Assembly (NCBI GenBank): GCA_963804995.1
Contig: CAWDSK010000001.1
Span: 160,001-224,000, forward strand
Direction of reading: 5' to 3'
DNA from: an uncultured Acidobacteriota bacterium
Lineage (GTDB): Bacteria > Acidobacteriota > Terriglobia > UBA7540
DNA length: 64,000 nt
Below are positions 18,829-30,967 of this stretch, one piece after another (the first letter of the stretch is position 1; each line of letters starts with the position of its first letter). The notes under the pieces were generated by a model. The model was not told the origin of the DNA, made no database searches, and saw only the letters and a program-made list of their open reading frames with translations. Position numbers and translations under genes: made by a program.

Positions 18829-21636
18829 ATGATCGACCGAATTACAGTTCGCGGCGCACGCCAGCACAACCTGAAGAATCTCAGCGTGGAGATTCCCCGC
18901 AACACCCTGACGGTGGTGACGGGACTGAGCGGGTCAGGGAAATCCAGCCTGGCGTTCGATGTGATTTATGCCGAGGGCCAGCGCCGCTACGTGCAGACGC
19001 TCTCCGCTTACGCCCGCCAATTTCTCGACCAGCTCGAGCGGCCGGACGTGGACACCGTCGAAGGCCTGAGCCCGGCGATATCCATCGAGCAGAAAACCAC
19101 TAGCCGCAGCCCCCGCTCAACCGTCGGCACCATCACCGAAATCTACGATTACCTCCGGTTGCTGTACTCTTCGATTGGTACGGCGCACTGCCACCGGTGC
19201 GGGAGGAAAATAGCGCGGCAGACGACGGAGCAGATCGTTGCTTCCATCATGGCGCTGGTTAACGGCGGGGCGAGCGCCAATGGTGAAGGCGAGCGCGTGA
19301 TGATCCTGGCGCCCATCGTGCGCGGCCGCAAGGGCGAGTTCCGAAAACTCTTTGAGCAACTCTCGGGCGAAGGGTACGTGCGCGTGCGGGTGGACAAGCA
19401 ACTCCGCCAGTTGGACGAGGAAATCGCGCTCGACCGGCGCAAGAACCATACGATTGAAGTAGTGGTCGACCGCCTGCTGCTCAAGCCCGGCATTGAGGCT
19501 CGCCTGGCGTCGTCGCTCGAGACCGCCATGAAGCTTGCCAAGGGCATCGTGCAGGTGGCCGTCGTGAACGGCGAGGAACAACTCTACTCGCAGGAATGGG
19601 CGTGCGTTGACTGCGGCATCAGCATTCCGGCGCTCGAGCCGCGCTCGTTTTCCTTCAACAGCGTTTACGGCGCCTGCCCGGCGTGCCGCGGATTGGGCAG
19701 CCAGTACACCTTCGATCCCGCCAAGGTTATCGTGGATTGGTCGCGGCCGCTGCTGGAAGGCGGGCTCGGCCCGGGGGCGGGTTCGGGGTTCCTGCAACGC
19801 AGCCTGCTGCGCGCCGCGGAACAGTTTGGCTTCGACCTCAAGACCCCTTTCGAGCGCTTTCCGCGCAAGGTTCAGAATCTGCTGCTCTATGGAAAGATCA
19901 CGGAGAGTGCGCCGAAGTCGACGGAGTTCGCCGGCATCCTGCCGCTGCTCGAGCGCTGGTACGGCGAAGCGCGTTCCGAAAATTTCCGCGAGTGGTACGG
20001 CCAGTACATGTCGGCGGTGCCCTGCCCCAAATGCCAGGGCAAACGCCTGAAGCCGGAAAGCCTGGCGGTCAAGGTGATGGACTCCTCGATTGCCGACCTC
20101 ACGGCGCTGCCCGTCAGCAAGGCCCAGCTTGTGATGACCGAGCTCAAGCTCACCCCGCGTGAAGAGCTGGTGGCGCGGCGCATCGTAAACGAAATCAGCG
20201 AGCGGCTGGAATTTCTGAACGCCGTTGGGCTCGGCTACTTGAGCCTGGACCGGTCCGCCTCGTCCCTTTCGAGCGGTGAAAGCCAGCGCATTCGGTTGGC
20301 CACGCAGATAGGCTCGAAGTTGCGCGGAGTGCTCTACGTGCTCGATGAGCCCAGCATTGGCCTGCATCCGCGCGACAATCAGCGCCTGCTGCAAACCCTC
20401 GAGCAACTGCGCGACATGTCTAACACCGTGCTGGTGGTTGAACACGACGAGGAAACCATTCGCCGCGCTGATTACGTGATCGACCTCGGTCCCGGCGCGG
20501 GCAAGCAGGGAGGATATCTGGTGGCCGCGGGGCCGCCCGCGAAAATTGCGGCAACTGAGAGTTCCCTGACCGGCCAATACCTTTCGGGCCAGCTTCAAAT
20601 CCCGGTGCCGCAGAAGCGCCGCGTGACGAACGGAAAGATCTTGACCGTGCTCGGAGCGCGGGCCAACAATTTGAAGAATATCGACGTGGGATTTCCGCTG
20701 GGGCTGCTGACCGTCGTGACGGGCGTTTCAGGTTCGGGAAAATCGACGCTCGTCAACGACATCTTGCATCGCGCCATCGCGAAGAAGCTTTACCGCGCCA
20801 TTGAAGACCCGGGCACCCACCGCTCGATCCAGGGCCTCGAGCACCTCGATAAGGTGATCGTCATCGACCAGTCGCCCATTGGGCGGACGCCGCGGTCAAA
20901 TCCCGCCACCTACACTGGTGTCTTCACGCCCATCCGCGAGCTCTTCGCCATGCTGCCGGAGTCGCGCGCGCGTGGCTATCGGGCCGGACGTTTCAGCTTC
21001 AACGTGAAAGGCGGGCGCTGCGAGGCCTGCCAGGGGGAAGGGCTGCGGCGCATCGAGATGAATTTCCTGCCCGACGTTTTCGTGACCTGTGAGGTGTGCC
21101 GCGGGCGGCGTTACAACTCTGAGACGCTGGCGGTGAAGTACAAGGGCGTTTCCATCGCCGACTTGCTTGACATGACGGCCGCAGACGCGCTGCCGGTGCT
21201 TGAAAACATTCCACAGATCCGCCAGAAGCTCGAAACGCTGGTGGACGTGGGCCTGGGTTACATCCACCTCGGCCAGCCCGCCACCACGCTATCGGGCGGG
21301 GAAGCGCAACGCATCAAGCTGGGCCGCGAGCTCAGCCGCCGCCAGACGGGCCGCACGCTCTATATCCTCGACGAGCCCACCACGGGTTTGCACTTCGCCG
21401 ACGTGAAGCAACTGCTGGAGGTCCTGAATCGCCTGACCGACCTCGGCAACACGGTGATCATCATCGAGCATCATCTTAACGTCGTGAAACAGGCGGATTG
21501 GGTCATCGACCTCGGCCCGGAAGGTGGCGAGGCGGGCGGGCGCATCGTGGCCCAAGGCACCCCGGAGGCAGTGGCGCGCGCCAAAAAATCCTACACCGGC
21601 CAGGCGCTGGCCGCCATGCTGAATGGTTCGCACTAA
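18829..21636 (+). CDS. uvrA: Excinuclease ABC subunit A
   Basis: GARQHNLKN, two Walker A motifs ([18 protein letters not shown]), zinc fingers. Confidence 0.98.
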   Translation: MIDRITVRGARQHNLKNLSVEIPRNTLTVVTGLSGSGKSSLAFDVIYAEGQRRYVQTLSAYARQFLDQLERPDVDTVEGLSPAISIEQKTTSRSPRSTVGTITEIYDYLRLLYSSIGTAHCHRCGRKIARQTTEQIVASIMALVNGGASANGEGERVMILAPIVRGRKGEFRKLFEQLSGEGYVRVRVDKQLRQLDEEIALDRRKNHTIEVVVDRLLLKPGIEARLASSLETAMKLAKGIVQVAVVNGEEQLYSQEWACVDCGISIPALEPRSFSFNSVYGACPACRGLGSQYTFDPAKVIVDWSRPLLEGGLGPGAGSGFLQRSLLRAAEQFGFDLKTPFERFPRKVQNLLLYGKITESAPKSTEFAGILPLLERWYGEARSENFREWYGQYMSAVPCPKCQGKRLKPESLAVKVMDSSIADLTALPVSKAQLVMTELKLTPREELVARRIVNEISERLEFLNAVGLGYLSLDRSASSLSSGESQRIRLATQIGSKLRGVLYVLDEPSIGLHPRDNQRLLQTLEQLRDMSNTVLVVEHDEETIRRADYVIDLGPGAGKQGGYLVAAGPPAKIAATESSLTGQYLSGQLQIPVPQKRRVTNGKILTVLGARANNLKNIDVGFPLGLLTVVTGVSGSGKSTLVNDILHRAIAKKLYRAIEDPGTHRSIQGLEHLDKVIVIDQSPIGRTPRSNPATYTGVFTPIRELFAMLPESRARGYRAGRFSFNVKGGRCEACQGEGLRRIEMNFLPDVFVTCEVCRGRRYNSETLAVKYKGVSIADLLDMTAADALPVLENIPQIRQKLETLVDVGLGYIHLGQPATTLSGGEAQRIKLGRELSRRQTGRTLYILDEPTTGLHFADVKQLLEVLNRLTDLGNTVIIIEHHLNVVKQADWVIDLGPEGGEAGGRIVAQGTPEAVARAKKSYTGQALAAMLNGSH

Positions 21637-21821
21637 GAAATCCCCGCAAATGGTAAAGTGTTAGCTGTGGCTTCCCGTACCCCAATTTGACCGGTGCCCC
21701 GTGACAGGGTATGTTTCCATTACCGTATGGATACCTGAGGATCCACCAGGGCAAGTTAGGACATGTCAGAAAAGCTCTCAAGGCAGCTCAAGGAGATTTG
21801 TGGCAGGCCACGAAGGTGAAC

Positions 21822-22658
21822 ATGCAGGATGACACGGCAAACATCTTCCCGGAGGCAAGTGTGGCGCCGGCACAGGCTCCTCGGCCGCAGCCTGCCCCAC
21901 CTCTTGCCCCACGCGAGATCTGGACCTTGCGCGACCTGCTGCTCTTCGTGGCCTTTCTTCCCTTCGCTTTCCTGGCGGCAAACCTGCTGGGGTTCGCGGC
22001 CTACGCGGCGCTGCGGCCCTTCGCCGGATGGCACACGCGGGTGGATGCGCTGCCGACCAATACTCTTTTCATGCTGATGTTGCAATTCGTGTTTTACATC
22101 TTTGTCCTGGGTTACCTGTTCCTGTTGGCCAAGCTCCAACATCATCAGCCCCTCTGGAAATCTCTGGGCTGGAATAAGCCGACGGGGCGCCAAGTCCTGA
22201 CCTACCTTTCAGCGGGTGGGGGATTGGCCATCGTCATCAGCGTGCTGTTATCGCTTCTGCCGGATGCGCAGGAATTCCCCCTGGAGCGGCTCTTCACGTC
22301 GGCGGCCGCGTCTTACGCCATCGGCGCGTTCGCTATCGGCATCGCACCCGTGGTGGAGGAACTGGTCTTCCGGGGCTTGCTGTTCGCCATTTTCGAGCGC
22401 GCCGTGGGATTGCCCTTTGCCGTAGTGACCACGGCCGTGCTCTTTGCGGTGCTGCACATTCCGGAGTACTGGCACGCCTGGAACCACCTGTGGATGATCC
22501 TGGTGGTGGGGGTGGTTTTCTCGCTGGCGCGTGGCAGGTCAGGCAGCCTTACTCCCAGCATCCTTCTTCACGTCGGCTACAACGCCCTCATCATGACGGG
22601 GCTCTTCGTCTCCACCCAGCATTTCCGCGCCCTGCATGCCTTTATCCCGTTCCGGTGA
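21822..22658 (+). CDS. CPBP/Abi family intramembrane metalloprotease
   Basis: EELVFRG, FAVLH, HVGYN. Confidence 0.9.
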   Translation: MQDDTANIFPEASVAPAQAPRPQPAPPLAPREIWTLRDLLLFVAFLPFAFLAANLLGFAAYAALRPFAGWHTRVDALPTNTLFMLMLQFVFYIFVLGYLFLLAKLQHHQPLWKSLGWNKPTGRQVLTYLSAGGGLAIVISVLLSLLPDAQEFPLERLFTSAAASYAIGAFAIGIAPVVEELVFRGLLFAIFERAVGLPFAVVTTAVLFAVLHIPEYWHAWNHLWMILVVGVVFSLARGRSGSLTPSILLHVGYNALIMTGLFVSTQHFRALHAFIPFR

Positions 22659-22753
22659 CGGCACACTTTCTTTCGGTTGCCGCCCAGTATTGCAATTCGT
22701 CATCAGATAAATTTGCGGGTTGACGACCCCGACAGCGTGTTAGAATCCGCGGC

Positions 22754-23869
22754 ATGTCAACCACCCCCCTACCTCAAACTGTCGCAACTCCGGCGGAAAC
22801 GCCCACTAAGTCTACGGCCACCGAGCGTTACGTGGCGCTCGATGCGTTTCGGGGATTCATCATGATCATGCTGGCGTCCGATGCCTTCGGCTTCGGAGCG
22901 CTTCAGCATAACCCGCAGTGGTCGCGCGTCGCCTCCTGGTTCGACCATGTTGACTGGACCGGCGCCGTCTTCTGGGATTTGATCCAGCCCTCTTTCATGT
23001 TCATGGTGGGAGTAGCCATGCCCTTTGCGCTGGCCCGCCGCCGGGAGTTGGGCGCGACCTCGAAGCAAAATCTCCAGCACGTGGCGGTTCGCACCCTCAA
23101 GCTGATCCTGCTCAGCCAGATTTTGATTATCGCGGCGGACGGCGGGCCGCGTTTCCAGCTTATCAATGTACTCTCGCAGATTGCCTTCACTTATTTCCTG
23201 ACTTATCTGATTCTCAAGTTGGAATTCCGCTGGCAAGTGGCCGTGGCCGCGGGGTTGCTGCTGCTTCACTCCGGCCTCTTCTTCCTCTTCCCGGGACCGG
23301 ATGGCGCGTTTTCGCCACTCGGCAACATCGGCCAGAGAATCGACAAGGCGCTGCTGGGGTACAACTATGAAGACCACTACGTGACGATCAATTTCATCTC
23401 AAGCACGGTCACTACGCTATTCGGCGCGTGGACGGGCAACCTGCTGCGCTCGGCACGGCCGCGAGCGGGAAAACTGAAGATCCTGGCCATCTCCGCTCTG
23501 GCGGCATTCGTGACGGGCCTCGCGCTCTCGCCGCTGATTCCCATCGTCAAGAAACTCTGGACGGCCTCGTGGACGTTCTATAGCACGGGCTGGGTCCTGC
23601 TCATGATGCTCGCTTTCATCCTGATCGTGGACGTGTGGGGCTTGAAGAAGGCCGCCTTCCCGCTGGTGGTGGTGGGGATGAATTCCATTTTCATCTACTC
23701 GCTGGGCTTCTTGATCCGAGGGTCTGTGGACAAAGACATTCGCTCTTTCAGCGGCGGCTTTCAGTTCATTGGAGCCCTGGCGCCCGTCGCCCAGCACTGC
23801 GCCATCCTGGTGGTGTTCTGGTACCTGTGCTACTTCCTCTACAAGCACAAGATTTTTCTGAAGGTGTAA
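22754..23869 (+). CDS. Heparan-alpha-glucosaminide N-acetyltransferase-like membrane protein (DUF5009-type)
   Basis: RYVALDAFRG, WDLIQPSFMFMVG, PIVKKLWTAS, GMNSIFIY. Confidence 0.85.
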   Translation: MSTTPLPQTVATPAETPTKSTATERYVALDAFRGFIMIMLASDAFGFGALQHNPQWSRVASWFDHVDWTGAVFWDLIQPSFMFMVGVAMPFALARRRELGATSKQNLQHVAVRTLKLILLSQILIIAADGGPRFQLINVLSQIAFTYFLTYLILKLEFRWQVAVAAGLLLLHSGLFFLFPGPDGAFSPLGNIGQRIDKALLGYNYEDHYVTINFISSTVTTLFGAWTGNLLRSARPRAGKLKILAISALAAFVTGLALSPLIPIVKKLWTASWTFYSTGWVLLMMLAFILIVDVWGLKKAAFPLVVVGMNSIFIYSLGFLIRGSVDKDIRSFSGGFQFIGALAPVAQHCAILVVFWYLCYFLYKHKIFLKV

Positions 23870-23944
23870 GCTGAGATTTTCACCTGTGAGGAAATGGGTT
23901 CTTAACCCCGATACTCTTCACTTAGCGAGCGTTTTCATCAGGAC

Positions 23945-24080
23945 TTGCGCGAAGCGCCTTGGACTGCGGTAGCAGCAGCTACCGCCTTTCTTGCCCCACC
24001 TCTTGCGTCTTAGCCGTATGAACCGAAGGCGGAAGGCGGTAGCTGCTGCTACCGCAGTCCAAGGTGGGCTTCGCCCGCAA
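23945..24080. repeat. REP-like inverted pair between convergent genes
   Basis: ccttggactgcggtagcagcagctaccgcct ... aggcggtagctgctgctaccgcagtccaagg. Confidence 0.85.
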
Positions 24081-24115
24081 TCAGATTCCCTAATCCATGA
24101 CAACAACGAGGCGTG

Positions 24116-25510
24116 TCACGCCTCGCGGCGGCGTTTAACGTCGATTTGGAGGCGTTTGATTTTCTGATTGAGGGTGGAGAGGGGAATCTTGAAGCGCTCC
24201 GCGGCTTCGGTCTGGCTCCAGTTGGCGCGGTTAAGCATGTCGAGGATGACGCGGCGCTCGCAGGCTTCCATAATCTCGAACAGCGAGCGGCCGTCGAAGC
24301 TTTCCAGGGGGAACTGGCCACTGGCAGGCGCGGTGTTCTCGAAGAACTGCTCGGGCAGAAGTTCCGGGCCGAGAGTAGGTCCGGTCGCCAGGACCACGGC
24401 GCGCTCCACGGCGTTCTCCAGCTCGCGGACGTTGCCGGGCCATTCGTAATCCATCATCACCATCAGGGCTTCCGGGGAGAACTGCAAGCCCGGGCGGGAA
24501 TTCTCAGCGGAAAACTTTTTCAAGAAATGGTCGACCAGTTGGGGAACGTCTTCCTTGCGGTCCCGCAGCGTCGGCAAGCCCATGGAGATGACGTTCAGGC
24601 GATAGAAAAGGTCTTCGCGGAAACGACCCTCCAGCACCATCTTGCGCAGGTCGGAGTTGGTGGCCGCCAGGATGCGCACGTCCACCTTGATAGTTTCCGT
24701 CCCTCCCAGCCGCATGAACTCGCGTTCCTGGATGACCCGCAGGAGCTTGGTTTGCGTCTCCACGCCCACCGTACCGATTTCGTCAAAGAAGATGGTGCCC
24801 TGGTCAGCGACTTCGAAAAGGCCGCGCTTAGTGGCGATGGCGGAGGTGAAAGCTCCCTTGACGTGCCCGAAGAGCGTGCTTTCCAGGAGATCGACGGGCA
24901 TGGATCCGGTATTGACAGGCACAAAGGGGCGGTCGGAGCGGGGACTGGTGGCATGAATGGTTTTGGCCACCAACTCCTTGCCCGTCCCGCTCTCCCCGGT
25001 GATCAGCACCGTGGCCCGGCTGGCGGCGACCTGCGTGATGAGGTCCATCACTTTCTGCATCTTATCGCTCTTGCCGACGATATTGGGCAGGTCGTAGCGC
25101 TTGAGGGCGCGGCGGAGCTGGTAGTTTTCAAGTTGCAGGCGGGACTTGGCCAGCGTGTTGCGGATTTCCAGCAGCAGCTTATCGTTGTCCCAGGGCTTGG
25201 TGATATAACTCTCGGCGCCTTGCTTGGAAGCCTGGAAGGCCATCTGGCTGGAGTCGTAGGCGGTGATCATGATCACCCCCAACTCCGGGCTTTCGCGCTT
25301 GATGTGCTGGAGCACGTCCAGTCCGTTGCGGTCGGGCAGGTTGATATCGAGCAGGACCAGATCGAAGATTCCGTTTTCGATGCGCTTCAGCCCTTCCGTG
25401 CCGGTGGAGGCGCAGTCCGCCTTGTACCCTTCGAGCTTGAGAAGCTGCTCGAGGCTCTCGCGAATTTCCTGTTCGTCATCGATGACGAGGATGGAGCCTT
25501 TAGCTGACAT
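24116..25510 (-). CDS. Sigma54-dependent NtrC-family response regulator
   Basis: REC, GESGTGKE, GAFTSA, WPGNVRELEN, Fis-type HTH. Confidence 0.95.
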   Translation of the reverse strand: MSAKGSILVIDDEQEIRESLEQLLKLEGYKADCASTGTEGLKRIENGIFDLVLLDINLPDRNGLDVLQHIKRESPELGVIMITAYDSSQMAFQASKQGAESYITKPWDNDKLLLEIRNTLAKSRLQLENYQLRRALKRYDLPNIVGKSDKMQKVMDLITQVAASRATVLITGESGTGKELVAKTIHATSPRSDRPFVPVNTGSMPVDLLESTLFGHVKGAFTSAIATKRGLFEVADQGTIFFDEIGTVGVETQTKLLRVIQEREFMRLGGTETIKVDVRILAATNSDLRKMVLEGRFREDLFYRLNVISMGLPTLRDRKEDVPQLVDHFLKKFSAENSRPGLQFSPEALMVMMDYEWPGNVRELENAVERAVVLATGPTLGPELLPEQFFENTAPASGQFPLESFDGRSLFEIMEACERRVILDMLNRANWSQTEAAERFKIPLSTLNQKIKRLQIDVKRRREA

Positions 25511-28328
25511 TCACCGTTTTCCTTACTACAGGGAATTCCAGGCGGAAAGTGGTCCCCCGCCCCACCACGCTATCCACCTGGATGGAACCGGAATGCTCCC
25601 GGATAATGCCGTAGGTGACCGCTAAACCCAAACCCGTGCCCCGGCTGGTGGCCTTGGTGGTGAAGAAGGGATCGAAAATCTTGTGCAGGTGGTCGGAGGG
25701 AATGCCGACGCCGTTGTCGGAGACTTCGACGCGCACGGCAGAGTTCTCCGCCTCGGTGGCAATGGTCAATTCACCGCCGCGCGGCATGGCATCGCGGGCG
25801 TTCATGATCAGGTTCATGAAGACTTGCTGAAGTTTCCCGGCGTTGCCGTAAACGGCCGGCAGAGCCTCACCCAATTGCGCATTCACGGTGATCTTGGCAG
25901 CTTTCAGCATGGGGTCCACCAGCGACAGGGTCTCGCTGATCACCCGGTTCAACTCCAAGTCGGTGTACTCACTGCCGCTCACGCGTGAGAACTTGAGAAG
26001 ATTGTTGGCGATATCCGACGCACGGAAGGCTTGCTTGATGATCTTATCCAGGGTACGGCTGCGCGGGTCCTCCGGCTCCATCTGCCGCATGAGCAATTGG
26101 GCGTTGGAGGTGATGACCGCCAGGGGTGTATTCACTTCGTGCGCAACGCCCGCTGCCAGCAGGCCGATCGACAACAGTTTTTCGGCTTGCATCAACTGGT
26201 CTTCCAGGTTTACGCGCTCCGTCAAATCGGTGAAGATCAACAAGCGTCCAATGACCTCGTTTGCCTTCCCGATCAGAGGAACCACCGAAAGGTTCACGAT
26301 CAGCGAACGCTCTTCCACATTGCGCAAGCGGAACTTGTATAAGTTGAGGGTATGGTGCGGATCGGAGGCGTGCGAAAGCTCTGCCAGGAGCTCCCGGGGG
26401 AAGATCGTGTCCAGGGTCTTGCCCAGCGCCTCGGAGCGGGACATGCCGTAGAGCCGCTCCAGGGCGGAATTCCAAGCCTCAATCTTGCCTTCCAGGTTCG
26501 AGGCCAGCACCCCCGCGTTGATGGACTCGATGATGTTCTGGCTGAAGTCACGCAGGGCCTGGTAATCGTGCGCCTTCATTTCGAGCGACCCGTAGAGGCG
26601 GGCGTTCTCCAGCGCGATGGAAACATAACCCGTAATGGTTTTGAGAAGATCCAGATCCTCGCTGGAAAGGTAATCGCCGTCACTGGTTTTGCCGAGCCCC
26701 AGAAAGCCCAGGGTTCGCTCTTTGACCTTGAACGGCAGGTAATAATGCAAAGCGAGTTGCTCGATGGTTTTTTGCGCCGCCGGAGGAAACCCGAAAAGCC
26801 GCTTCAGGTTGTCGAAAAACAGATAGCCTTTGGCGAGGTCGGGATGATCCTCCTGGAGGAAACTCAGATCGGCCTTGCCGGGGAAGCTCATGCCCCGCGA
26901 CCGCACCAGGCGGTAGTCACCGGACTCCGAGGTGAGAAAGACGGCGAGCCGGTCCACCCCGAGAGTCTCTGACAAGCGATCGCAGATCTGCTCCAGCAAG
27001 CGGTCGGCATGGAGCTCAGAGGTGAGTTCACGGGCAAACTCCAGCAGGGTGCGGCGGTAATCGTAGCGCTCGCGATTAAAGAAACGGTCCAGCCCCTGTT
27101 GGATGTAATTCACAATGGGTTGAAACAAGATGGCGGTGAGAACGATCGCCATCACCCAGGTGCCACGGCTGGTGATGGGAAATGTGGCGCGGAAGAAATC
27201 CGCAAAGAGGGCAATAAGACCAAAATATAACCCCACGATGCTGGCCGTGGCCAACGTGTAAGCGATGCCCCGGCGGAAGATGATGTCCACGTCCATCAGC
27301 CGATAACGTACGATGGCGTACCCGAAGGTGACGGGCAGGAATACGAGGGAGAGGGCCGAGGCATTCATCCACGTGTTGGGAACGAAGCCTAGGAAATAGG
27401 GCAGGGCGTAAAGCGCTGCAAAAGGTACAATCGCCAGCCACGTGCCCCGCGTGACCCATTTCAACTGGTGGCGCAAAAGTGGATCGCTGGCGCGAGCGTA
27501 AGCGTATTGCAGGGCTACGGCGCCCGCCACAAAATACGCCGCCAGATAAAAGAGCTCCATGCGGTCCAGCAGCCAGCGAACCTGCAAGAGGGGCAAGGGA
27601 AGTACGAGCACATCGGCCGCCACCAGGGCATGCAAGGTGCCCAGCAGGACTCCCGGCAAATATAGCAGTGGTATCAGGTAACGCCGCTTGCTGATGAACC
27701 CTGCCTGCTCCGGAAAGCGCAAGCAGAAGTGCAGGAATAGAGCAGGTTGCAAGACCAGCGCGGCGACATTCAACCAGTAAATGGTCCAGTCAAATAGGTT
27801 CAGCTTACCCGTGTAGGAAAATGTGTAGAGGACAAAGGAAGCCAAGCAGAAGACATAAAAGTGGAGTGATTTGCGAGCTGTCCAGCGGCGAAAGAGAATG
27901 AACGTACCGATGAGGAGATAAAGCAAACCCACCAGAGCCAGGTAATGCCGAACCGAACTTGCCGTGCTCTGCGGGACCAGCACCAGACTGGTATCAAAAG
28001 GTTCACCGTTGCGGGCCAAGCTGTAGTTCGCCAGCGACCAGATACCCAGACGGAAGACCTGTTGGACGGCTTCCCCGGATGTCGGGATCAGTTGGCCGTT
28101 GATGGCCCGGAGCTGGTCCCCCTCGCGGATCCCCGCACGCTCGCCAGGACCTCCCCGGACCACGATCCAGGCCGTCACGCCCTGGGGAGAATCGATCCAG
28201 GAAACACCATCGTCAGGCGCTTGGTAGAGGTCCCGCTGCTGAAAATTGAGAATGCCGAACGCCACCAGAACCAGACTCAGCAGGGCAAGCGAGAGCGTGG
28301 TCAGTCGGAAGGGTGGAGTTCTGGTCAT
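25500..28328 (-). CDS. Sensor histidine kinase (periplasmic PDZ, multi-TM, GAF, PAS, HisKA/HATPase)
   Basis: [41 protein letters not shown]. Confidence 0.92.
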   Translation of the reverse strand: MTRTPPFRLTTLSLALLSLVLVAFGILNFQQRDLYQAPDDGVSWIDSPQGVTAWIVVRGGPGERAGIREGDQLRAINGQLIPTSGEAVQQVFRLGIWSLANYSLARNGEPFDTSLVLVPQSTASSVRHYLALVGLLYLLIGTFILFRRWTARKSLHFYVFCLASFVLYTFSYTGKLNLFDWTIYWLNVAALVLQPALFLHFCLRFPEQAGFISKRRYLIPLLYLPGVLLGTLHALVAADVLVLPLPLLQVRWLLDRMELFYLAAYFVAGAVALQYAYARASDPLLRHQLKWVTRGTWLAIVPFAALYALPYFLGFVPNTWMNASALSLVFLPVTFGYAIVRYRLMDVDIIFRRGIAYTLATASIVGLYFGLIALFADFFRATFPITSRGTWVMAIVLTAILFQPIVNYIQQGLDRFFNRERYDYRRTLLEFARELTSELHADRLLEQICDRLSETLGVDRLAVFLTSESGDYRLVRSRGMSFPGKADLSFLQEDHPDLAKGYLFFDNLKRLFGFPPAAQKTIEQLALHYYLPFKVKERTLGFLGLGKTSDGDYLSSEDLDLLKTITGYVSIALENARLYGSLEMKAHDYQALRDFSQNIIESINAGVLASNLEGKIEAWNSALERLYGMSRSEALGKTLDTIFPRELLAELSHASDPHHTLNLYKFRLRNVEERSLIVNLSVVPLIGKANEVIGRLLIFTDLTERVNLEDQLMQAEKLLSIGLLAAGVAHEVNTPLAVITSNAQLLMRQMEPEDPRSRTLDKIIKQAFRASDIANNLLKFSRVSGSEYTDLELNRVISETLSLVDPMLKAAKITVNAQLGEALPAVYGNAGKLQQVFMNLIMNARDAMPRGGELTIATEAENSAVRVEVSDNGVGIPSDHLHKIFDPFFTTKATSRGTGLGLAVTYGIIREHSGSIQVDSVVGRGTTFRLEFPVVRKTVNVS

Positions 28329-28589
28329 TTTAAAACTCGGTATGACTAAGCAATTGACACTAACTCATACAACATGAGAGCACGTTTATTTCCAGTAATC
28401 TGGATCGTGCCAATATTTAAGTGTTCTGTTTACTGTAGGATATAATTATAGCTGAGTGAACGCTGCCGGTTCTACAAAATTCTGAATACAGCCTCCATTT
28501 ATTTGTATATATCGTACTTCGTAACGCCCGGTGTCAGCCGGGCACCCTAACGAAAACCGGTCGCCCTCGTTGTAGGCGCACAAGTAGGA

Positions 28590-29110
28590 TCCATAGCCCT
28601 CTCCGAGGGGCCGCAGATCCGCCGCGGCGGAAGAGGGTGGACCGCTGCCGGCGCTTTTACCAGCCGGAGCGGGACGGGTGAGGGGTCTCTCCGGCGCTGT
28701 TCCATTCAGTGCCTCCCTCACGAACCGCTCTCGACCTTCCGTTCCTTGCGCAGTGTCTCTGTGACCTCCATGCTCGGAACGGCTTAACACGGAGGTCACT
28801 GAGTTACTCGGTGTGCTCTGCGTCGAAGCTTGAGAAGCACACAGAGCGCGGAGAGCCTCCGTTGCAGCCGCGCTAGGAACTGGTACCTGCACGGAGAAGT
28901 AACCCCTCACCCGGGGCCCGCCCCGGCTGATGAGTACGCCGGCTGCGGTCCACCCTCTCCCCTCGGAGAGGGCTATGATCTATCCCGCGATGTTGAGCAA
29001 GCGCCGCGCGGCGGGGCCGCAAACAACGCGTCTCGTAGGGACACCCCTTGTGGGTTGCCCTAGCGTCGGCCATGCCGACAGGGAGGGCGGCACGAGGCCT
29101 GCCCCTACGA
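28590..29110. repeat. Composite repeat cluster: two partial copies of the CCCTCTCC element, CACAGAG-type repeats and a GTAGGG REP pair
   Basis: 28594-28688 and 28899-28975 match the 13.7/48.2 kb element; gtagggacacccc...gcctgcccctac at 29035-29108. Confidence 0.8.
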
Positions 29111-29121
29111 GATTAGTTTCT

Positions 29122-30906
29122 TTAGAACTGAACTGAGAACCCGCCACGGAAGCAACGGTACCCCGAGCTCAGGACCACGGGTTTACCACCCCCTTGGCTT
29201 ACTGGGACGTAGCCTTGCGCCGTGAGGTTGCGGAAATCCGCCAAAGCTTCGATATGGGCGGGGAAGAAAGAAAAGGTGGGAAGAGGCTGGCGAATCTGCA
29301 CACCCAAATAGGGCTGCACCTGAAGCATCGCCTGCCCGTAAGGGTCAACCAAGGTAACCGGATCATTCGAAACCCGCTCATAGGAGGTAATGATCCGGGT
29401 GTGGGTGACGGGAAGTTCAGCGGAAATCTTGCCGGCCAGCGCTGTGGACTGCTGCGGTCGCAACAGGGCTTGCGGATTTTGCGGGGCGCCTGGCGGCATC
29501 CAACCCCGCGCCACCAGGGCATTCCCCGTAGCATAGGAAACCAAGGTCTCCACGTGTTCGCCGAAAGTCTGGGAATAGACTGCCCGGAAACCTCCCGACT
29601 GGTAATCCCCGGCATCCATCATGATGCCGTGGCTGGCGGGATTGGGAATAAAATTGCCGGCGAGCCACGTCGCGCCCGTCGCCTGGTTCCCCCAAACCGC
29701 GGCATTGTGGAAACTATCGGCGTAGCTCGCGAGCTGCACGCGGGCCGTCTTCCCGATCCGCCGACTGAGCGAAGCTTCCGTGTGATTCAATTGCTCCATC
29801 TTGAGCCGATAATCGCTTTCCGTCAGGCGTGGGAAGGCATTCAGCATGCCCACGCGCTCCAGCAAGGAATCGGAGCCGTCGGCGCGTGCTGACCCGTACC
29901 CCGCGGCAACGACCGTCGAAGGAGCAACCTGGTATTCCAGCTTCAAGTGCGGCTGCGCCGTCATAACCTCACCGAGAGCGTCTAAATAATCCACGTCCAT
30001 CCCGGCGGTCACCGTAACCTTGGGGGAGAGCAGGCGTGTTTCCGAGTAAGTTAACACCATACCCTGGCTATGGGAATAAAGGTTCGGCGCGGATCCCGCG
30101 GAGGACGGAAGCCCCCCCAGGAGGTTCAATTGATGGATGCTCAAGCCGAATTCCTGAGGATTCCCCTTCAGAAGATTGCGGCGGTACACCGTGCTCACGG
30201 TATTTGCCTGGGTGCTGGCGGTGGCGATGGAACCGGCCACCAGCAGGTCGGAATCCACGGAGAGTGACCGGACATAAGCCACCACGCTCTCCGCGCCCGG
30301 GTCATCGCTCAACGGATCCCGCCGCAGCGAGCCCGGCAGCATTCCGATTAAATATTGGTCCTCGGACGCAGGTGTTTTCGAACTGGGGAGCGAAACCTTG
30401 GCCACATCCTGGGCTTGGCGGTAGCGCAGGATGGGCCGGGTGGTGGAGGAAGTCCGCAGTACCCATTTCCAGTCATCCCCCCAAGTGGTGACCGTGTTAT
30501 TCGGAACCTGAAAACGGATGGGAGCGAAGATGTCAGTCAGGATAAACCGGGCGACGGCCGTTTCATCGGCGTCCACGCGAATGCCATTGCGCATGGCCGG
30601 CAAGCGCGTAGGCGAGATCACTTTGAGGGAGTACCAGCCCGGGACAAGATGCTCAATCGTGAACTGGCCGTGAGCGTTGGTGATGACACGCTCTACGGTC
30701 TGGCTGGCCATCTCCGTGGCGATGGCGGTGGGCCCCAGGATCATCACCGTGGCGCCCATCAAAGGGTTGCCCTGGGTGTCGGAAACGATCCCCGCCAGTT
30801 TCCCGTAACCCGCCGCAACCCCCAGGCGGGGTTGTAGGCAGGTAATGAGCAAACCGCTAAGCAGCAGTAAATTCGACAGCCGGCTTCCGGACTTAAGCAT
30901 CTTCAT
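29122..30906 (-). CDS. Exported protein with N-terminal carboxypeptidase-regulatory-like domain, probable outer-membrane beta-barrel
   Basis: Signal peptide; GIVSDTQGNPLMGATV...GQFTIEHLVPGWYSL; alternating beta strands; C-terminal GGFSVQF. Confidence 0.75.
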   Translation of the reverse strand: MKMLKSGSRLSNLLLLSGLLITCLQPRLGVAAGYGKLAGIVSDTQGNPLMGATVMILGPTAIATEMASQTVERVITNAHGQFTIEHLVPGWYSLKVISPTRLPAMRNGIRVDADETAVARFILTDIFAPIRFQVPNNTVTTWGDDWKWVLRTSSTTRPILRYRQAQDVAKVSLPSSKTPASEDQYLIGMLPGSLRRDPLSDDPGAESVVAYVRSLSVDSDLLVAGSIATASTQANTVSTVYRRNLLKGNPQEFGLSIHQLNLLGGLPSSAGSAPNLYSHSQGMVLTYSETRLLSPKVTVTAGMDVDYLDALGEVMTAQPHLKLEYQVAPSTVVAAGYGSARADGSDSLLERVGMLNAFPRLTESDYRLKMEQLNHTEASLSRRIGKTARVQLASYADSFHNAAVWGNQATGATWLAGNFIPNPASHGIMMDAGDYQSGGFRAVYSQTFGEHVETLVSYATGNALVARGWMPPGAPQNPQALLRPQQSTALAGKISAELPVTHTRIITSYERVSNDPVTLVDPYGQAMLQVQPYLGVQIRQPLPTFSFFPAHIEALADFRNLTAQGYVPVSQGGGKPVVLSSGYRCFRGGFSVQF

Positions 30907-30967
30907 AGCTTACGTCGCGCTCTCTTGAAAACCTCCCTTCCGTGGGGAGGAAGATATCCGGGTGTGC

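Noticed and set aside
24113..25507. Long antisense ORFs (also 79-1137, 16734-17969, 19117-20598, 30962-31945, 40221-41174, 43736-44815, 45407-46384)
   Set aside because: Shadow frames of well-supported genes in high-GC DNA, with no motifs of their own.
28446..28910. 154-aa ORF and similar ORFs at 13635, 46787-47393 and 48073
   Set aside because: They run through repeat elements.
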